Positions 18,504 through 28,840 of a DNA stretch of 64,000 nucleotides are shown one piece after another. How positions within the stretch are numbered: position 1 is the stretch's first letter; each line of letters starts with the position of its first letter. Both the position numbers and the translations under genes were made by a program. The stretch comes from Candidatus Bathyarchaeia archaeon (lineage in GTDB: Archaea; Thermoproteota; Bathyarchaeia; Bathyarchaeales; Bathycorpusculaceae), in contig JAVZLM010000008.1 of NCBI GenBank assembly GCA_038883775.1, positions 32,001-96,000 on the forward strand, read 5' to 3'. The notes under the pieces are model-generated. The model saw only the letters and a list, made by a program, of their open reading frames with translations, searched no databases and was not told the DNA's origin.

Positions 18504-19034
18504 TTAAATTCTTGATGCTGCTATTCCTAATGCTGAGGCAAACAAAGATGCTGTAGTTACTGCTAATACATACATACCCGCATTCATATTATAGACAACA
18601 AATTGAAAGACCACAGTAACTGATGAGATGAAGGAAATTAAATAGAATATAGAAGTTATCCATACGAACTTCAAGGTGAGAATTTTCTCTCCCAAAAATG
18701 CTATAATTGGGCAATAGAAATAAAGAATGGTTTGAGATACACAGAGGATGTACAACAGAACCGCTATGCTCTCCAGACACTCTGTTCTCCCAAATACTTG
18801 TGCAATCAAAAATGATGACAATACTTGTGGAATCATTTGAATATGCACCAAAACCGATGTGGTAAGGGAAAACGATGGCTTTTTTGTGTGTAGAAGCTCT
18901 GATACTATGTGATCTAAATAACTCATCCAACAATAACTAAAAATGAAAGATACTGTTGATAATAAAGGGATCATAATATAAAAAATGATATGCTTACGTC
19001 GGGAGCAAAACGAAAAATAAAAATTATATCCCAA
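18504..19034 (-). CDS. Hypothetical membrane protein (possibly a fragment)
   Basis: Hydrophobic segments in an AT-rich region; overlaps the adjacent ORF. Confidence 0.4.
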   Translation of the reverse strand: MGYNFYFSFCSRRKHIIFYIMIPLLSTVSFIFSYCWMSYLDHIVSELLHTKKPSFSLTTSVLVHIQMIPQVLSSFLIAQVFGRTECLESIAVLLYILCVSQTILYFYCPIIAFLGEKILTLKFVWITSIFYLISFISSVTVVFQFVVYNMNAGMYVLAVTTASLFASALGIAASRI

Positions 19035-19285
19035 TTTTCAACTTGTCTAAAGATTGGGTAAGTTACATAAGATATTGTTAGACTAATAATGCCAGAGACT
19101 ATAAATATCAGGATAATTGCCTTTTTCCTCTTATAAGACTGAATTATATCGTAGGAAATAGCTAATACTATCAAAAGGAAAACTAGATATGGTACAACAT
19201 TTTCCAGAAAAATATACCTTGTTATTGGTATCAGATTCAAAATATAGCCAATAATAAAGAAGACCATTAATATCGGAAGTCTCAT
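18971..19285 (-). CDS. Hypothetical membrane protein (possibly a fragment)
   Basis: Three hydrophobic helices; AT-rich. Confidence 0.4.
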   Translation of the reverse strand: MRLPILMVFFIIGYILNLIPITRYIFLENVVPYLVFLLIVLAISYDIIQSYKRKKAIILIFIVSGIISLTISYVTYPIFRQVENWDIIFIFRFAPDVSISFFIL

Positions 19286-19560
19286 TTGCTCGCTTTTCTT
19301 CTTTTACGTAATAGTGCGCCAAAAGCAAGATAATAATTAGAGTTACATACGACAGCATTGATTGAAACCGTTCAATAATAACCAATATTAAACCTTCCAT
19401 TCTTTGAAGAAATATGTTATCTTGTCGAATTTGAATATAACTTTCACTTATAACCCTATTTTCAGTTTAAAAGCAGACAAACATGACCTCCTTTGGAATT
19501 TCATTGTAGACTTTAATTTTTAACAATCCTTTTACAATCATTAACATGATGGAATCGGAA

Positions 19561-20031
19561 CTATTTTTGGAAATGCGAGTTAAGTTTCTCTAATTTTTTC
19601 TTGTTTCTTTGGATGAAGGCTCTGAAAGTTTTTGTTAAATCGTATTTTTCCACTTCGCATAATGGAACCCACCGTAATTCTTCAGCGTCGCTTGAGGCAT
19701 TTAGCTTTCCGCCTTTAAGCTTGACAAAATAGTCTATTATGACAAAATGATATTTTATTTCACCATTTTCATCTCTGACAACATTGTCAACAACATCTAT
19801 AAGCTCTGGTTCACAAACTTCCAAACCAGTTTCTTCTGCGACTTCCCTAACAACAGTTTGGCTAACACTTTCGCCAAGCTCCACCAAACCGCCGGGTATG
19901 CTCCATTTGCCACGTCCAGGTTCGCTCTTTCTTTTTTCAAGCAAAATTTTTCCATCTTTAATTATTACTGCGCCAACGCCTACAACGGGCTGTTTAGGAT
20001 AAAGCCTTTTGACCAAACCCCTAAACCTCAC
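19561..20031 (-). CDS. NUDIX hydrolase
   Basis: Nudix box GGLVELGESVSQTVVREVAEETGL. Confidence 0.93.
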   Translation of the reverse strand: MRFRGLVKRLYPKQPVVGVGAVIIKDGKILLEKRKSEPGRGKWSIPGGLVELGESVSQTVVREVAEETGLEVCEPELIDVVDNVVRDENGEIKYHFVIIDYFVKLKGGKLNASSDAEELRWVPLCEVEKYDLTKTFRAFIQRNKKKLEKLNSHFQK

Positions 20032-20058
20032 TTGAGCTCATATCTTTAATTTTCTTGT

Positions 20059-21519
20059 TTATATTATTGGTTCAAAACGGCGCCAAAAAGTTTCAGATTC
20101 TTCGCCCACAACTGCTAAATCCTTATCCTTCTTAACAACCACGGCGAGTGCCACAGCAGCGACAAATAATGATGGAAGCCCAGAATATTGTGTAATATCC
20201 GAGAGGTTGACTGTCTGAGAAGATAGCTCAAAACTGTAGGTCAGGGGCTCGCTTTGCATCACGTATATTCTTCCAGAAATCCATTGGAGGCTCACTGCTC
20301 GTGTTGTTAGGTTTCCCACACCATATTTTAGAAAGCCTTCAACATCATATGTTCCTTTAAAGTAATCTATCGTTGTATTCACATAAACCACACTTGCCCA
20401 TTTTCCCACTTCAACTTTTACTGGTAGTTCCCGAGCCCAGTTGCTCAAATTTACCTCACTATCAGCGCTAAGAATGTTGTAAATTAGCCCAGCAGCGTAC
20501 AATCTATTCAGCAATATTCTTGTTTTATCTAAGGATATGCTGGCAATCTGTGATTCAATATCAGATAACTGAACGCCCAAGTAATCCATGTATGGTGTTC
20601 CTTCGCAAGTATACTGGACGGTTGCTGATTTAATGTTGCCCTGATTGGTTAACCCAACCGAAGCATAAGCAGCGCCAACCAACAATGAAGATAGGAGCAC
20701 TGCAACGATAGCTTTTGTAATTCTGCCTAGCCCCACAGTTTTTCGAGGTATAAATGTTAAGTATGGGGGTACGGCAATATTCAGCAGTAGTTTAAGTTGG
20801 CTTATTCTCTCTTTTTTGGCAAGCAATGGAAGCAATGCTATGCCTGCGATGAATCCTCCTGCATGGGCGAATACGGCTGTGCTTTCCGCTAACCGTGCAT
20901 ATCCATAAATTAGTTGGGTTGCGAACCAGAAGATTAGATAGTATGCCGCCTTCATTCTAAAAAACATGGGGAAAAGGAAGAAAAACCAGCCCATGACAAG
21001 AGATGTTCCAGGATAAAAGATTAGGTATGCGCCTAAGACTCCGCTTATGGCTCCAGAAGCGCCTATGGCTGGAATAATGTAGGCTGTGAATCCTCCTAGA
21101 AAACTGAAGGCTGTGTGAAATATGGACGCAACAATTCCAGAAATCAAATACAAGGCTAGATATTTTAATCCACTCAGAACATTTTCAACGGCTCTCCCGA
21201 AAAGGTATAGGAAGTACATGTTAAAGAGTATGTGGAAAAAGTCTGCATGAAGAAACATGGATGCAAATACTCTATACCACTGAGTTGGCATTGTAATTAG
21301 TGATGGAACGAAGCCGCCAGCGCTTACCCAGTAATCGCCTATTTCGAGGAAAACGTTAGCGTAGGATGTTATGGCGTATACTGCGATGTTAAGCGCTATG
21401 AGGATTAACGTAACTTTTGGTCTTTTATAGCGGGTTGCATCCCCCATGGGAATGCCGAGGCTTCGTTTCAGATTAACTGCCAAATCACTGTTACCTCTCT
21501 TATGGAATTGCATTTTCAC
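20059..21519 (-). CDS. Rhomboid intramembrane serine protease with a C-terminal extracytoplasmic domain
   Basis: SMFLHADFFHILFNM, GASGAISG, AHAGG. True start probably ~20 codons downstream. Confidence 0.88.
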   Translation of the reverse strand: MKMQFHKRGNSDLAVNLKRSLGIPMGDATRYKRPKVTLILIALNIAVYAITSYANVFLEIGDYWVSAGGFVPSLITMPTQWYRVFASMFLHADFFHILFNMYFLYLFGRAVENVLSGLKYLALYLISGIVASIFHTAFSFLGGFTAYIIPAIGASGAISGVLGAYLIFYPGTSLVMGWFFFLFPMFFRMKAAYYLIFWFATQLIYGYARLAESTAVFAHAGGFIAGIALLPLLAKKERISQLKLLLNIAVPPYLTFIPRKTVGLGRITKAIVAVLLSSLLVGAAYASVGLTNQGNIKSATVQYTCEGTPYMDYLGVQLSDIESQIASISLDKTRILLNRLYAAGLIYNILSADSEVNLSNWARELPVKVEVGKWASVVYVNTTIDYFKGTYDVEGFLKYGVGNLTTRAVSLQWISGRIYVMQSEPLTYSFELSSQTVNLSDITQYSGLPSLFVAAVALAVVVKKDKDLAVVGEESETFWRRFEPII

Positions 21520-22790
21520 TATTCATATCTTAAGGCTTCTACTGGTTTAAGCTTTGAAGCCCGCCAAGCCGGATAAAGCGCAAAAACTACGCTTACTATT
21601 ATTCCAAAAACTAGGGCTCCTAAGAAAACTGTCGGCGTCAAAACTGGATTTATAGATATTTGCATTGTTGCTGTGGTTGCTTGGTTTCCGCTTTGGATTC
21701 TTCCTCCAAAAATTCCAACTCTGGCAACTATGTTTGCTAATCCCCAACCTGAAGCTATTCCGATTGCGGAACCCAATAAGCCTATAATTATGGCTTCGCT
21801 TAAGAAAATCATTAACACAGTTTGGTTTTTCATGCCTAAAGCTTTAAGGATGCCAATTTCGCGGGTTCTCTCCATCAGGGAAACTATCATTATGTTCATT
21901 ATGCCCACTCCAGCAACCAAAAGCGATATTCCAGCAATGCCAGCCAAAAAGAAATCAACGTTTGAAAACACTGCGGAAATTATGTCAAGCACTGCGGTGG
22001 CAGAAGTAACAGAAACTTGATTATTAAATGCTGTTTTTATGGCTTCTGAAACGCTGTCAATTGTCGCTTTATAATCATCCTTTAACAAAACAATAATTGC
22101 ACTACACTCGTCTGTTTCAAAGAAGTTTTGGGCTTGAGAAATTGGAATGTAAATGCCAAGGTCCGAAGGTCCGCCGATATTGAAGCCTCCAATTTCTTTA
22201 AGAACCGCTGTTATTCGTCCAGTGTAAGTTTTGTTTTGAGGTGGGCTTGTGCCGCTTCGTTTTGTCCATGTTATCTCAATAGTGTCGCCAACATTAGCTA
22301 TTATTGTTCCATTTTGCCATGGGTCATGTATCCTTGCGCCTATCACAACCGAATCATTTTCTGAAACGATGCTTCCTTCCGCAGCAACAAAAGTGCTTTC
22401 GTAGATGATTTCATATTTTGCAAAATCTACGCCTATGATGTTAACTGTGAATGTTTTTCCACTTGCGTTTACGAAGCATATTTTCTGCATTATAGCCACT
22501 GCTGCGCTTACATTTTCGCCTATCTTTTCTATTGTTTGAGTGTCTGATACAAAAAGTGGAATACTTGCCTCTCCACCACCAAGTCCTCCCCTTGGCGAAA
22601 CGATGAGCGTTTTTGTTGCAAATCCCCTCTGAAGCTGCATTGTTATAGTGTCTTGTAAGCCTTGGCTGAAAGAGAGAAGCGCCACTATGGCTGCTATGCC
22701 AATTACCACGCCAAGCGTTGTCAAGGATGCGCGGAGTTTCCGCAGTTTTATTGCGCCAAAAGCATAAGACAAAACATCATTAACATTCAT
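21519..22790 (-). CDS. ABC transporter permease, MacB/FtsX type
   Basis: LTTLGVVIG, ERTREIGILKALG, PAWRASKLKPVEALRYE. Confidence 0.92.
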   Translation of the reverse strand: MNVNDVLSYAFGAIKLRKLRASLTTLGVVIGIAAIVALLSFSQGLQDTITMQLQRGFATKTLIVSPRGGLGGGEASIPLFVSDTQTIEKIGENVSAAVAIMQKICFVNASGKTFTVNIIGVDFAKYEIIYESTFVAAEGSIVSENDSVVIGARIHDPWQNGTIIANVGDTIEITWTKRSGTSPPQNKTYTGRITAVLKEIGGFNIGGPSDLGIYIPISQAQNFFETDECSAIIVLLKDDYKATIDSVSEAIKTAFNNQVSVTSATAVLDIISAVFSNVDFFLAGIAGISLLVAGVGIMNIMIVSLMERTREIGILKALGMKNQTVLMIFLSEAIIIGLLGSAIGIASGWGLANIVARVGIFGGRIQSGNQATTATMQISINPVLTPTVFLGALVFGIIVSVVFALYPAWRASKLKPVEALRYE

Positions 22791-23473
22791 TAGTTCATCA
22801 CATCCTTAACTATTAAGCCATCAAGCATATGCACAGTTCTCTTCGCTTGCGAAGCTATACGCTGGTCATGCGTAACAATTATGGTTGTTATGCCCTTTTC
22901 CTCATTCAACCTTTTAACAAGCATTAATATTTCTCCAGCCGTTTTCGAATCTATGTTCCCAGTGGGTTCGTCCATTAAGAGAAATTTTGGATTGTTTACC
23001 AAGGCTCTGGCTATAGCTACACGCTGTTGTTCGCCTCCACTGAGTTCAGTAGGCTTGTGGTTCATTCTTTCCTTCAAACCAACAGTTTCGAGAAGCTCCT
23101 CAGCCCTTCTCCTTCTTTCAGCCTTGCCAAAACCGACAATAGCCATTGCCAATTCAACATTCTCTCTTGCGCTAAGCCTTGGAATTAAATTGAAAAATTG
23201 GAAAACAAAGCCTATTTTTCGCCTTAAATCTGCAAGTTGATTATCATTTAAGGTGGAAATGTCAACGCCTTCTATGAAGACTTTGCCCTCTGTGGGCTTG
23301 TCTAATGCGCCAATCATGTTAAGAAGCGTGGACTTACCGCTCCCAGAAGGGCCCAAAATGGCGAGGAAATCGCCTTCTTCCACTTTGAGGTTTACGCCTC
23401 TAAGGGCTTCAACTGGAACTTTGCCAAGCAAATAGGTTTTTCTTAAACTCAATGTTTCAACAATCGTCGCCAT
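22790..23473 (-). CDS. ABC transporter ATPase, LolD/MacB type
   Basis: GPSGSGKST, LSGGEQQR, DEPTGN. Confidence 0.95.
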   Translation of the reverse strand: MATIVETLSLRKTYLLGKVPVEALRGVNLKVEEGDFLAILGPSGSGKSTLLNMIGALDKPTEGKVFIEGVDISTLNDNQLADLRRKIGFVFQFFNLIPRLSARENVELAMAIVGFGKAERRRRAEELLETVGLKERMNHKPTELSGGEQQRVAIARALVNNPKFLLMDEPTGNIDSKTAGEILMLVKRLNEEKGITTIIVTHDQRIASQAKRTVHMLDGLIVKDVMN

Positions 23474-23493
23474 GATTTTCTAACGTCTCCGTT

Positions 23494-24435
23494 TTACTTG
23501 GTTAGGTATCTCCAAGAGAGCACTATGCCGATTGTGGCTAAAACTGCAGCAAATATTGTTAGATAAGTGAAGTCCATTATTAGTGCTGATGTATCTAATG
23601 GAAGTATTGTTAACTGCCTAACCGCATCGGTTACATAAGATAGGGGATTAACACGGGCTATTGCTTGGATCCAATCCGGCATTAGAGAGATGGGAAAAAA
23701 GGTGTTGCTTGCAAACATTAACGGTATAGTGATTAAGCTTACAATTTGCATCGGCCTCTCCATTCTAGTTGACCGTAAAGAAAATGCAAGGAACACTGAT
23801 GAAAGTCCCACGCCGAGTAGGAAAATCGCAGCATAAACTCCAAAGATGTTAAGCAAAGTGAATGTTGAACTCAACTTTAACCCTAAAACGTATGCAAGTG
23901 CAAGAATTATCGTTGCTTGAAACATCGCCCTCAAGGTTGCATTAAGAACCTTTGAAAATATTATTGCTGCCCGCGATACTGGAGTGCTTAACACTTTATC
24001 CAAGAATCCTAAACGCCTATCCCAAACTATTGACATGCCACTGAACATGGTCGTAGTCATGACAATCATGGAAACCATTCCAACAGCCATATAGCTAAAG
24101 TAGTCTGCAACACCGAAAGTGTTCTGCATAATACTTGCCCCCATGTTGGCGAACATCTGCGAAAGCATTGTGCCGTTAAGAACAACATCACCGACTCCAG
24201 GCGGATAAAGAACAGCGCTGCTCGGAATAGGTATTTGCAAAGGCAAGTTTATGTTGTTAGCAGAGAACATGGCGTTTATGTTCATGGACTTGCCTAAAAG
24301 ACCCATCCATATTAATGGTTGAAGCACAAACATTATGAGCATAACTGGGTCTTTAAGCCACTTTTTAAGTTCCCGATAGGTTAAAGCCCACAAACCTCGA
24401 GTTAGGCTTGGATGGAATTCGTTTTTTCTGCTCAT
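23494..24435 (-). CDS. ABC-2 type exporter permease
   Basis: WDRRLGFL...PVSR; NPLSYVTDAVR. Confidence 0.9.
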   Translation of the reverse strand: MSRKNEFHPSLTRGLWALTYRELKKWLKDPVMLIMFVLQPLIWMGLLGKSMNINAMFSANNINLPLQIPIPSSAVLYPPGVGDVVLNGTMLSQMFANMGASIMQNTFGVADYFSYMAVGMVSMIVMTTTMFSGMSIVWDRRLGFLDKVLSTPVSRAAIIFSKVLNATLRAMFQATIILALAYVLGLKLSSTFTLLNIFGVYAAIFLLGVGLSSVFLAFSLRSTRMERPMQIVSLITIPLMFASNTFFPISLMPDWIQAIARVNPLSYVTDAVRQLTILPLDTSALIMDFTYLTIFAAVLATIGIVLSWRYLTK

Positions 24436-25436
24436 CTTGCTCTAGCCCTCCTAAGGGTTATTCTCTGCGTTCTAAAGGCTTCCTTTGATTCTTCCATGTC
24501 CCGCAATGCTCTGCCAGTATACTCCAAATAGACTTCGTTTAAAGTAGGCTCAGTAAGTGAAAGTCTTGTTACGGTGTAACCCTTTTTTCGCAGAGCCTCA
24601 ATTATTAGTGGAGCGGTTATTTCTCCAGATTCAGCCTTAATTCTGTATGCGCCGTTTTCGTTTTTTACTTCTTTAACGTGTTCTATGCTGCTGATGAGCT
24701 CACTTACATCTGCATTTTCCTTTATGCTTATGGTTATTATGTCGCCGCCTAGGCTTTCCTTAAGCTCGTGGGGTGATCCAGTTACAACTATTTTGCCGTG
24801 GTCTATTATGGCTATGCGGTCGCATAGGGCGTCCGCCTCCTCTAAATAATGTGTTGTCATAAAAAGCGTCATGCCATACTCCTTCTTCAAACGCCTAATA
24901 TAATCCCATGTTGCCGCTCTCGTTTGAACGTCCAAACCCAAAGTTGGCTCATCTAGGAAGAACACCCTTGGTCGATTAATTAATCCGCATGCAAGTTCAA
25001 GTCTTCGACGCATTCCGCCAGAATAGGTTTCAACCCTCTTATCTTTAAAATCTGTAAGTTCCACAAGCTCCAAAAGTTCAAGAGCACGTTTCTTTGAGAT
25101 TTCGCGGGGGATACCATACAAGTCTGCACACAAAATCACATTTTCAAAACCAGTCAAATCCTCATCTGCCGTGTACTCCTGAGGCACAACACCAATGACT
25201 TTTCTAACTTCACGCGCTTGCTTCACAATGTCATAGCCCAAGACAGACGCTGTGCCCTCTGTTGGCTTCAAAACAGTTATGAGCATGTTTATGGTTGTAG
25301 TTTTTCCAGCACCATTTGGACCCAAGAAACCGAAGATTTCGCCGTCTTTAACATTGAAATTTACATGGTCAACTGCTGTTAGGGTTTTGTTGAAAACTTT
25401 CGTTAACTCTTCAGCCTTAATTATGTCATCACTCAT
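24432..25436 (-). CDS. ABC-2 exporter ATPase (DrrA-like)
   Basis: GPNGAGKTT, YSGGMRRR, DEPTLGLD. Confidence 0.93.
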   Translation of the reverse strand: MSDDIIKAEELTKVFNKTLTAVDHVNFNVKDGEIFGFLGPNGAGKTTTINMLITVLKPTEGTASVLGYDIVKQAREVRKVIGVVPQEYTADEDLTGFENVILCADLYGIPREISKKRALELLELVELTDFKDKRVETYSGGMRRRLELACGLINRPRVFFLDEPTLGLDVQTRAATWDYIRRLKKEYGMTLFMTTHYLEEADALCDRIAIIDHGKIVVTGSPHELKESLGGDIITISIKENADVSELISSIEHVKEVKNENGAYRIKAESGEITAPLIIEALRKKGYTVTRLSLTEPTLNEVYLEYTGRALRDMEESKEAFRTQRITLRRARAR

Positions 25437-26004
25437 TCCGATCAGCCTTCAGTTTCCTGTTTATTTCCTCAAGCTTATCAGCAGTCTCATTTAGAACCTT
25501 TACGGTCTCTTCAAAAACTTGCTCCGAAAACTTTTCTCCAACAGTAATTCCTAAACTGGCAAAAGCCTTAAGAAGCCTTCGAGAGGATTCTCGTAGCTCA
25601 TTAGCCTTTTCTGCTGGAAGCCCGCACCACATGACGCCGAAAAATGGCGGCGCCAAAAATTTAGCTTTGTCTCTTAGCTCGGCTCTAATCTTTCTTTGTT
25701 CTTCAAGAAGCTTTTTCCCCTTGTCAGTTAGCGTATAACGTTTTATTCCACTTTCCTCTGTTGGCACCTCTTTTACGTAGCCATTATCTTGCAACCATGC
25801 CAAAAGCGGATAGACAGAGCCTGGACTTGGTTTCCAAAGTTTGTTTGTCCTTTTTTCAATTTCGTTAATTATTTCCGAACCAGAAAGAGGCTTCTCATTT
25901 AGAAGCTCTAGCACTTGATAGCGAAGAAAACCTTTAGGAACCGCTGCCATATGCCTAATCCAATGCCTGAAGGGCGGTGGAGGTGGAGGGAAATTTTCAA
26001 ACAT
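25429..26004 (-). CDS. PadR family transcriptional regulator
   Basis: PSPGSVYPLL...KRYTLTDKG. Confidence 0.9.
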   Translation of the reverse strand: MFENFPPPPPPFRHWIRHMAAVPKGFLRYQVLELLNEKPLSGSEIINEIEKRTNKLWKPSPGSVYPLLAWLQDNGYVKEVPTEESGIKRYTLTDKGKKLLEEQRKIRAELRDKAKFLAPPFFGVMWCGLPAEKANELRESSRRLLKAFASLGITVGEKFSEQVFEETVKVLNETADKLEEINRKLKADRNE

Positions 26005-26005
26005 A

Positions 26006-26045
26006 ATATCACCATTGATATCAACATCGATATCAACACCGATAT
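26006..26045. promoter_or_regulatory. Tandem 12-bp repeats, probable PadR operator
   Basis: ATATCACCATTG-ATATCAACATCG-ATATCAACACCG-ATAT directly upstream of the padR start. Confidence 0.6.
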
Positions 26046-26077
26046 TTAAGTATTACGCAGAAAAATGAAATAAACAT

Positions 26078-26752
26078 CTATTCAATCATAGTTCCAACAT
26101 GTTTGCCTTCAACAGCTAACAAAATATTGTCAGGTTTAAATCCATTAACAACCACAAGCTTAACCTTCATACGTTTAAGAATTTTTATGGCTTCTGGGTC
26201 GATTATTTGGTGGATTCCAGCCTTATGTTTATTTTCTGCAAAAATTTTTGGCAAATCTTTGAAACGTAAATGCTCAAGCTTAACGGCATCTGCATGTTTT
26301 TTAGGGTCTTTATCGTATACGCCTTCTTGGTCTGTGGCTTTAAAAAGTAAATCCGCCTTAAGCCTTTCAGCGAGTAAAGCGGCAACGGTGTCCGTAGTCA
26401 TGCCTGGTTTTAATCCGCCCATAATGGCGATTTTGCCTTCATACACACATTTTAATGCATCCTCGACAGTTAATGGCACATGCCCACAGCCTACTCTTCC
26501 AAGTTTTTTAACGAAAAGTTGGGCAAAAATTCGCGAAACAGAAATGGCGATTTCGTCTTGGGCTTTTTCGGCTAATCCTAAATTTTTTGCGATTTGAATG
26601 AATTCTCTTGCTAGGGCGCCGCCGCCAACAACAACAGCCACATCATGTCTCATCTTTTTTAGAGTTTTCAATAAATCTGCATATTCAGCAATTAAATTAT
26701 AGTTTATTGGTGAAGCAATAACTGAACCGCCTATGCGCAACACTATTCGCAT
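26078..26752 (-). CDS. pyrH: UMP kinase
   Basis: RIGGS, VVGGG, PGMTTD, GVYDKDP. Confidence 0.93.
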   Translation of the reverse strand: MRIVLRIGGSVIASPINYNLIAEYADLLKTLKKMRHDVAVVVGGGALAREFIQIAKNLGLAEKAQDEIAISVSRIFAQLFVKKLGRVGCGHVPLTVEDALKCVYEGKIAIMGGLKPGMTTDTVAALLAERLKADLLFKATDQEGVYDKDPKKHADAVKLEHLRFKDLPKIFAENKHKAGIHQIIDPEAIKILKRMKVKLVVVNGFKPDNILLAVEGKHVGTMIE

Positions 26753-26802
26753 TAAACCCGAACCTTCCAGAGCACTGTATGCAATTTTTAAGTTAAAACC
26801 TT

Positions 26803-27639
26803 TTAGAAAAACTTGTTTAATCCTTGCTGGGTTTTTCTTCCAGCTTGCATGGTTATGGTTTCCCCAAAATTAATTCGCATGCCATCAGAAGCAGCAACCG
26901 TTGGAACGCTAGTTTCTTCTTGGATGAGTTTTGCTTCGTTTGTTGGTCCCTTAAATATCATTTGCATTCCAAAATGGGTTAAAACTGCTTGTTCTGGATG
27001 CGCCTCTTTAATTATTTTTATGGCGTCGTTTGTTGTCATGTGTCCCTTCCATGGTTTTCCAGTTGGTCGCATGATGCATAATAGGAGGAGCCTTACACCT
27101 TCGTAGTATTTGCCTACTCCTTCAAAATATTCTGTGTCGCTTGTGTAGGCGAAATCTCCGAAATCTTCTGTTTCAAATCTGAAGCCAACGCTGTCTGGGT
27201 CTGTATGTCTAGCCTCAGTAACGGAAACGTTCACATTGCCAACTTGAAATTTCAAGTTTGGAACAGCCTCAATTTTTTGTTCGGGCATCTGCTGGTGATA
27301 CTTAGAAATAGAAGGTTCGCACAGAACATTGCCAACCAAAACGCTTTTGGCAGCAGCAAGCACTCCACGCTTTCGAGTCATTCCACGAGTCATGGCTTCA
27401 ATCAAAACTTCGGCATCAGTATAATGGTCTGGATGACCATGTGAAACGAATATGGCGTTAATTTTTTGCGGGTCCAACCCTTCATTAATTGAATGCACAA
27501 GAGCGCCGGGTCCAGGGTCCAAATGCAAGTTTAAGTTTTCGCCAATTATGCGGATGCCGGCGGTACGCCTCTTCTGTGTTATTGTTGCGAATCTTCCCCC
27601 GCCAGTTCCAAGGAGAACTATTTCAAACTTTGAGCTCAT
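26803..27639 (-). CDS. Metallo-beta-lactamase fold hydrolase
   Basis: LGTGGG, DPGPG, SHGHPDH, YTSDT, LTHF. Confidence 0.9.
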   Translation of the reverse strand: MSSKFEIVLLGTGGGRFATITQKRRTAGIRIIGENLNLHLDPGPGALVHSINEGLDPQKINAIFVSHGHPDHYTDAEVLIEAMTRGMTRKRGVLAAAKSVLVGNVLCEPSISKYHQQMPEQKIEAVPNLKFQVGNVNVSVTEARHTDPDSVGFRFETEDFGDFAYTSDTEYFEGVGKYYEGVRLLLLCIMRPTGKPWKGHMTTNDAIKIIKEAHPEQAVLTHFGMQMIFKGPTNEAKLIQEETSVPTVAASDGMRINFGETITMQAGRKTQQGLNKFF

Positions 27640-27682
27640 AAACCAAATTATAGTGGTTAAATGATTTTTACTTTGCGTAAAG

Positions 27683-28681
27683 TTAAATGTAAAGGGTTGC
27701 GTAGGCGAGTAGGTAAAGAATTATGAACAGCATTCCCGTTTTCTTGTCTAATTTCTCTTTTATTGCGAGAATTAAAAGAATTATTACGGAACCAAAAAGT
27801 GCATACAAACCCGTGGTTTCTGCAATTCTCCCAGAAACGCTAATTGGGAAAAATAAGGGTCCAATTCCAATGGAAAAGCCAGCGTCGACGATGCTGCTTC
27901 CTATAACGTCTCCTATGGCAATTTCGTACTGCTTCTTCCGGACAGCTGTCAAGTCAACAACAAGTTCTGGAAGTGATGTTCCAATGGCGACTAAAAAGAA
28001 GCTTATAAAATATTCTGGTATAAGCAGAACCGCTGACAAAGTGATAACCGACTCAATAACAATAAAGGAACCAACGGCGACTCCTATGAAACCAAGAAGG
28101 GCAAAAACTAAGTGATGGAATAATCCTTGACCAGAATGCGACGCAACTTCAGGCTTTTTCATGACATTTCTAACTATTAGCATTAGGATTGGCCAACTGG
28201 TAACTAGGAATATGGCGTTCATTCTTGAAATGTAACCCTTTTCCACCATTGATATTGCAACTATAAGTGCCAAAATCTCACAAGCGCCCATAACAGTTAT
28301 TTCCTGTCTTTTAACCTTGAAAGTGCTTCCAACTAAAGCGATAAGTCCTAACATTAAAGTCATTTGGGCTAGAACCGATCCGAAGGAATCTCCAACGTTT
28401 ATGTCGCCGTGACCTAAGGCGGATGAGAAAATTGAGTTTGCAATTTCTGGAAAATCCGTGCCCAAAGACACTATTATAAGCCCTATCATAAGGGGAGACA
28501 TGCCCAAAGCTGAGGCTATATTAACCGAATGTTCCACCGCTTTCTCAGCGGAAAAAGCCAAAAGAAAAATGCCAAAAATGAAGAGGACTGTTCCAATGGT
28601 TACGTCAAAAGCCAGCCACAAACCAACCAGAAGAAGCGGGACACCCAAAGTCAAAATGAAGAAGATAATCCAATTCTTCAA
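27683..28681 (-). CDS. Na+/Ca2+ antiporter (CaCA, YrbG-like)
   Basis: Alpha repeats GTDFPE and GTSLPE. Confidence 0.88.
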   Translation of the reverse strand: MKNWIIFFILTLGVPLLLVGLWLAFDVTIGTVLFIFGIFLLAFSAEKAVEHSVNIASALGMSPLMIGLIIVSLGTDFPEIANSIFSSALGHGDINVGDSFGSVLAQMTLMLGLIALVGSTFKVKRQEITVMGACEILALIVAISMVEKGYISRMNAIFLVTSWPILMLIVRNVMKKPEVASHSGQGLFHHLVFALLGFIGVAVGSFIVIESVITLSAVLLIPEYFISFFLVAIGTSLPELVVDLTAVRKKQYEIAIGDVIGSSIVDAGFSIGIGPLFFPISVSGRIAETTGLYALFGSVIILLILAIKEKLDKKTGMLFIILYLLAYATLYI

Positions 28682-28840
28682 AGGGTTTCACCTGCTTTTT
28701 TCAATAATTAGCTTTCATCATTCTTAAAATTTCCCTTCCATTCTCCTTCAATTTCAAGGGGAAAATGCGTAATTTTCAGTTTTTACGAAGAGAAAACATT
28801 TTAATATTGCACAAAAAGGGAATAGCAAAGGTGAACTGGC

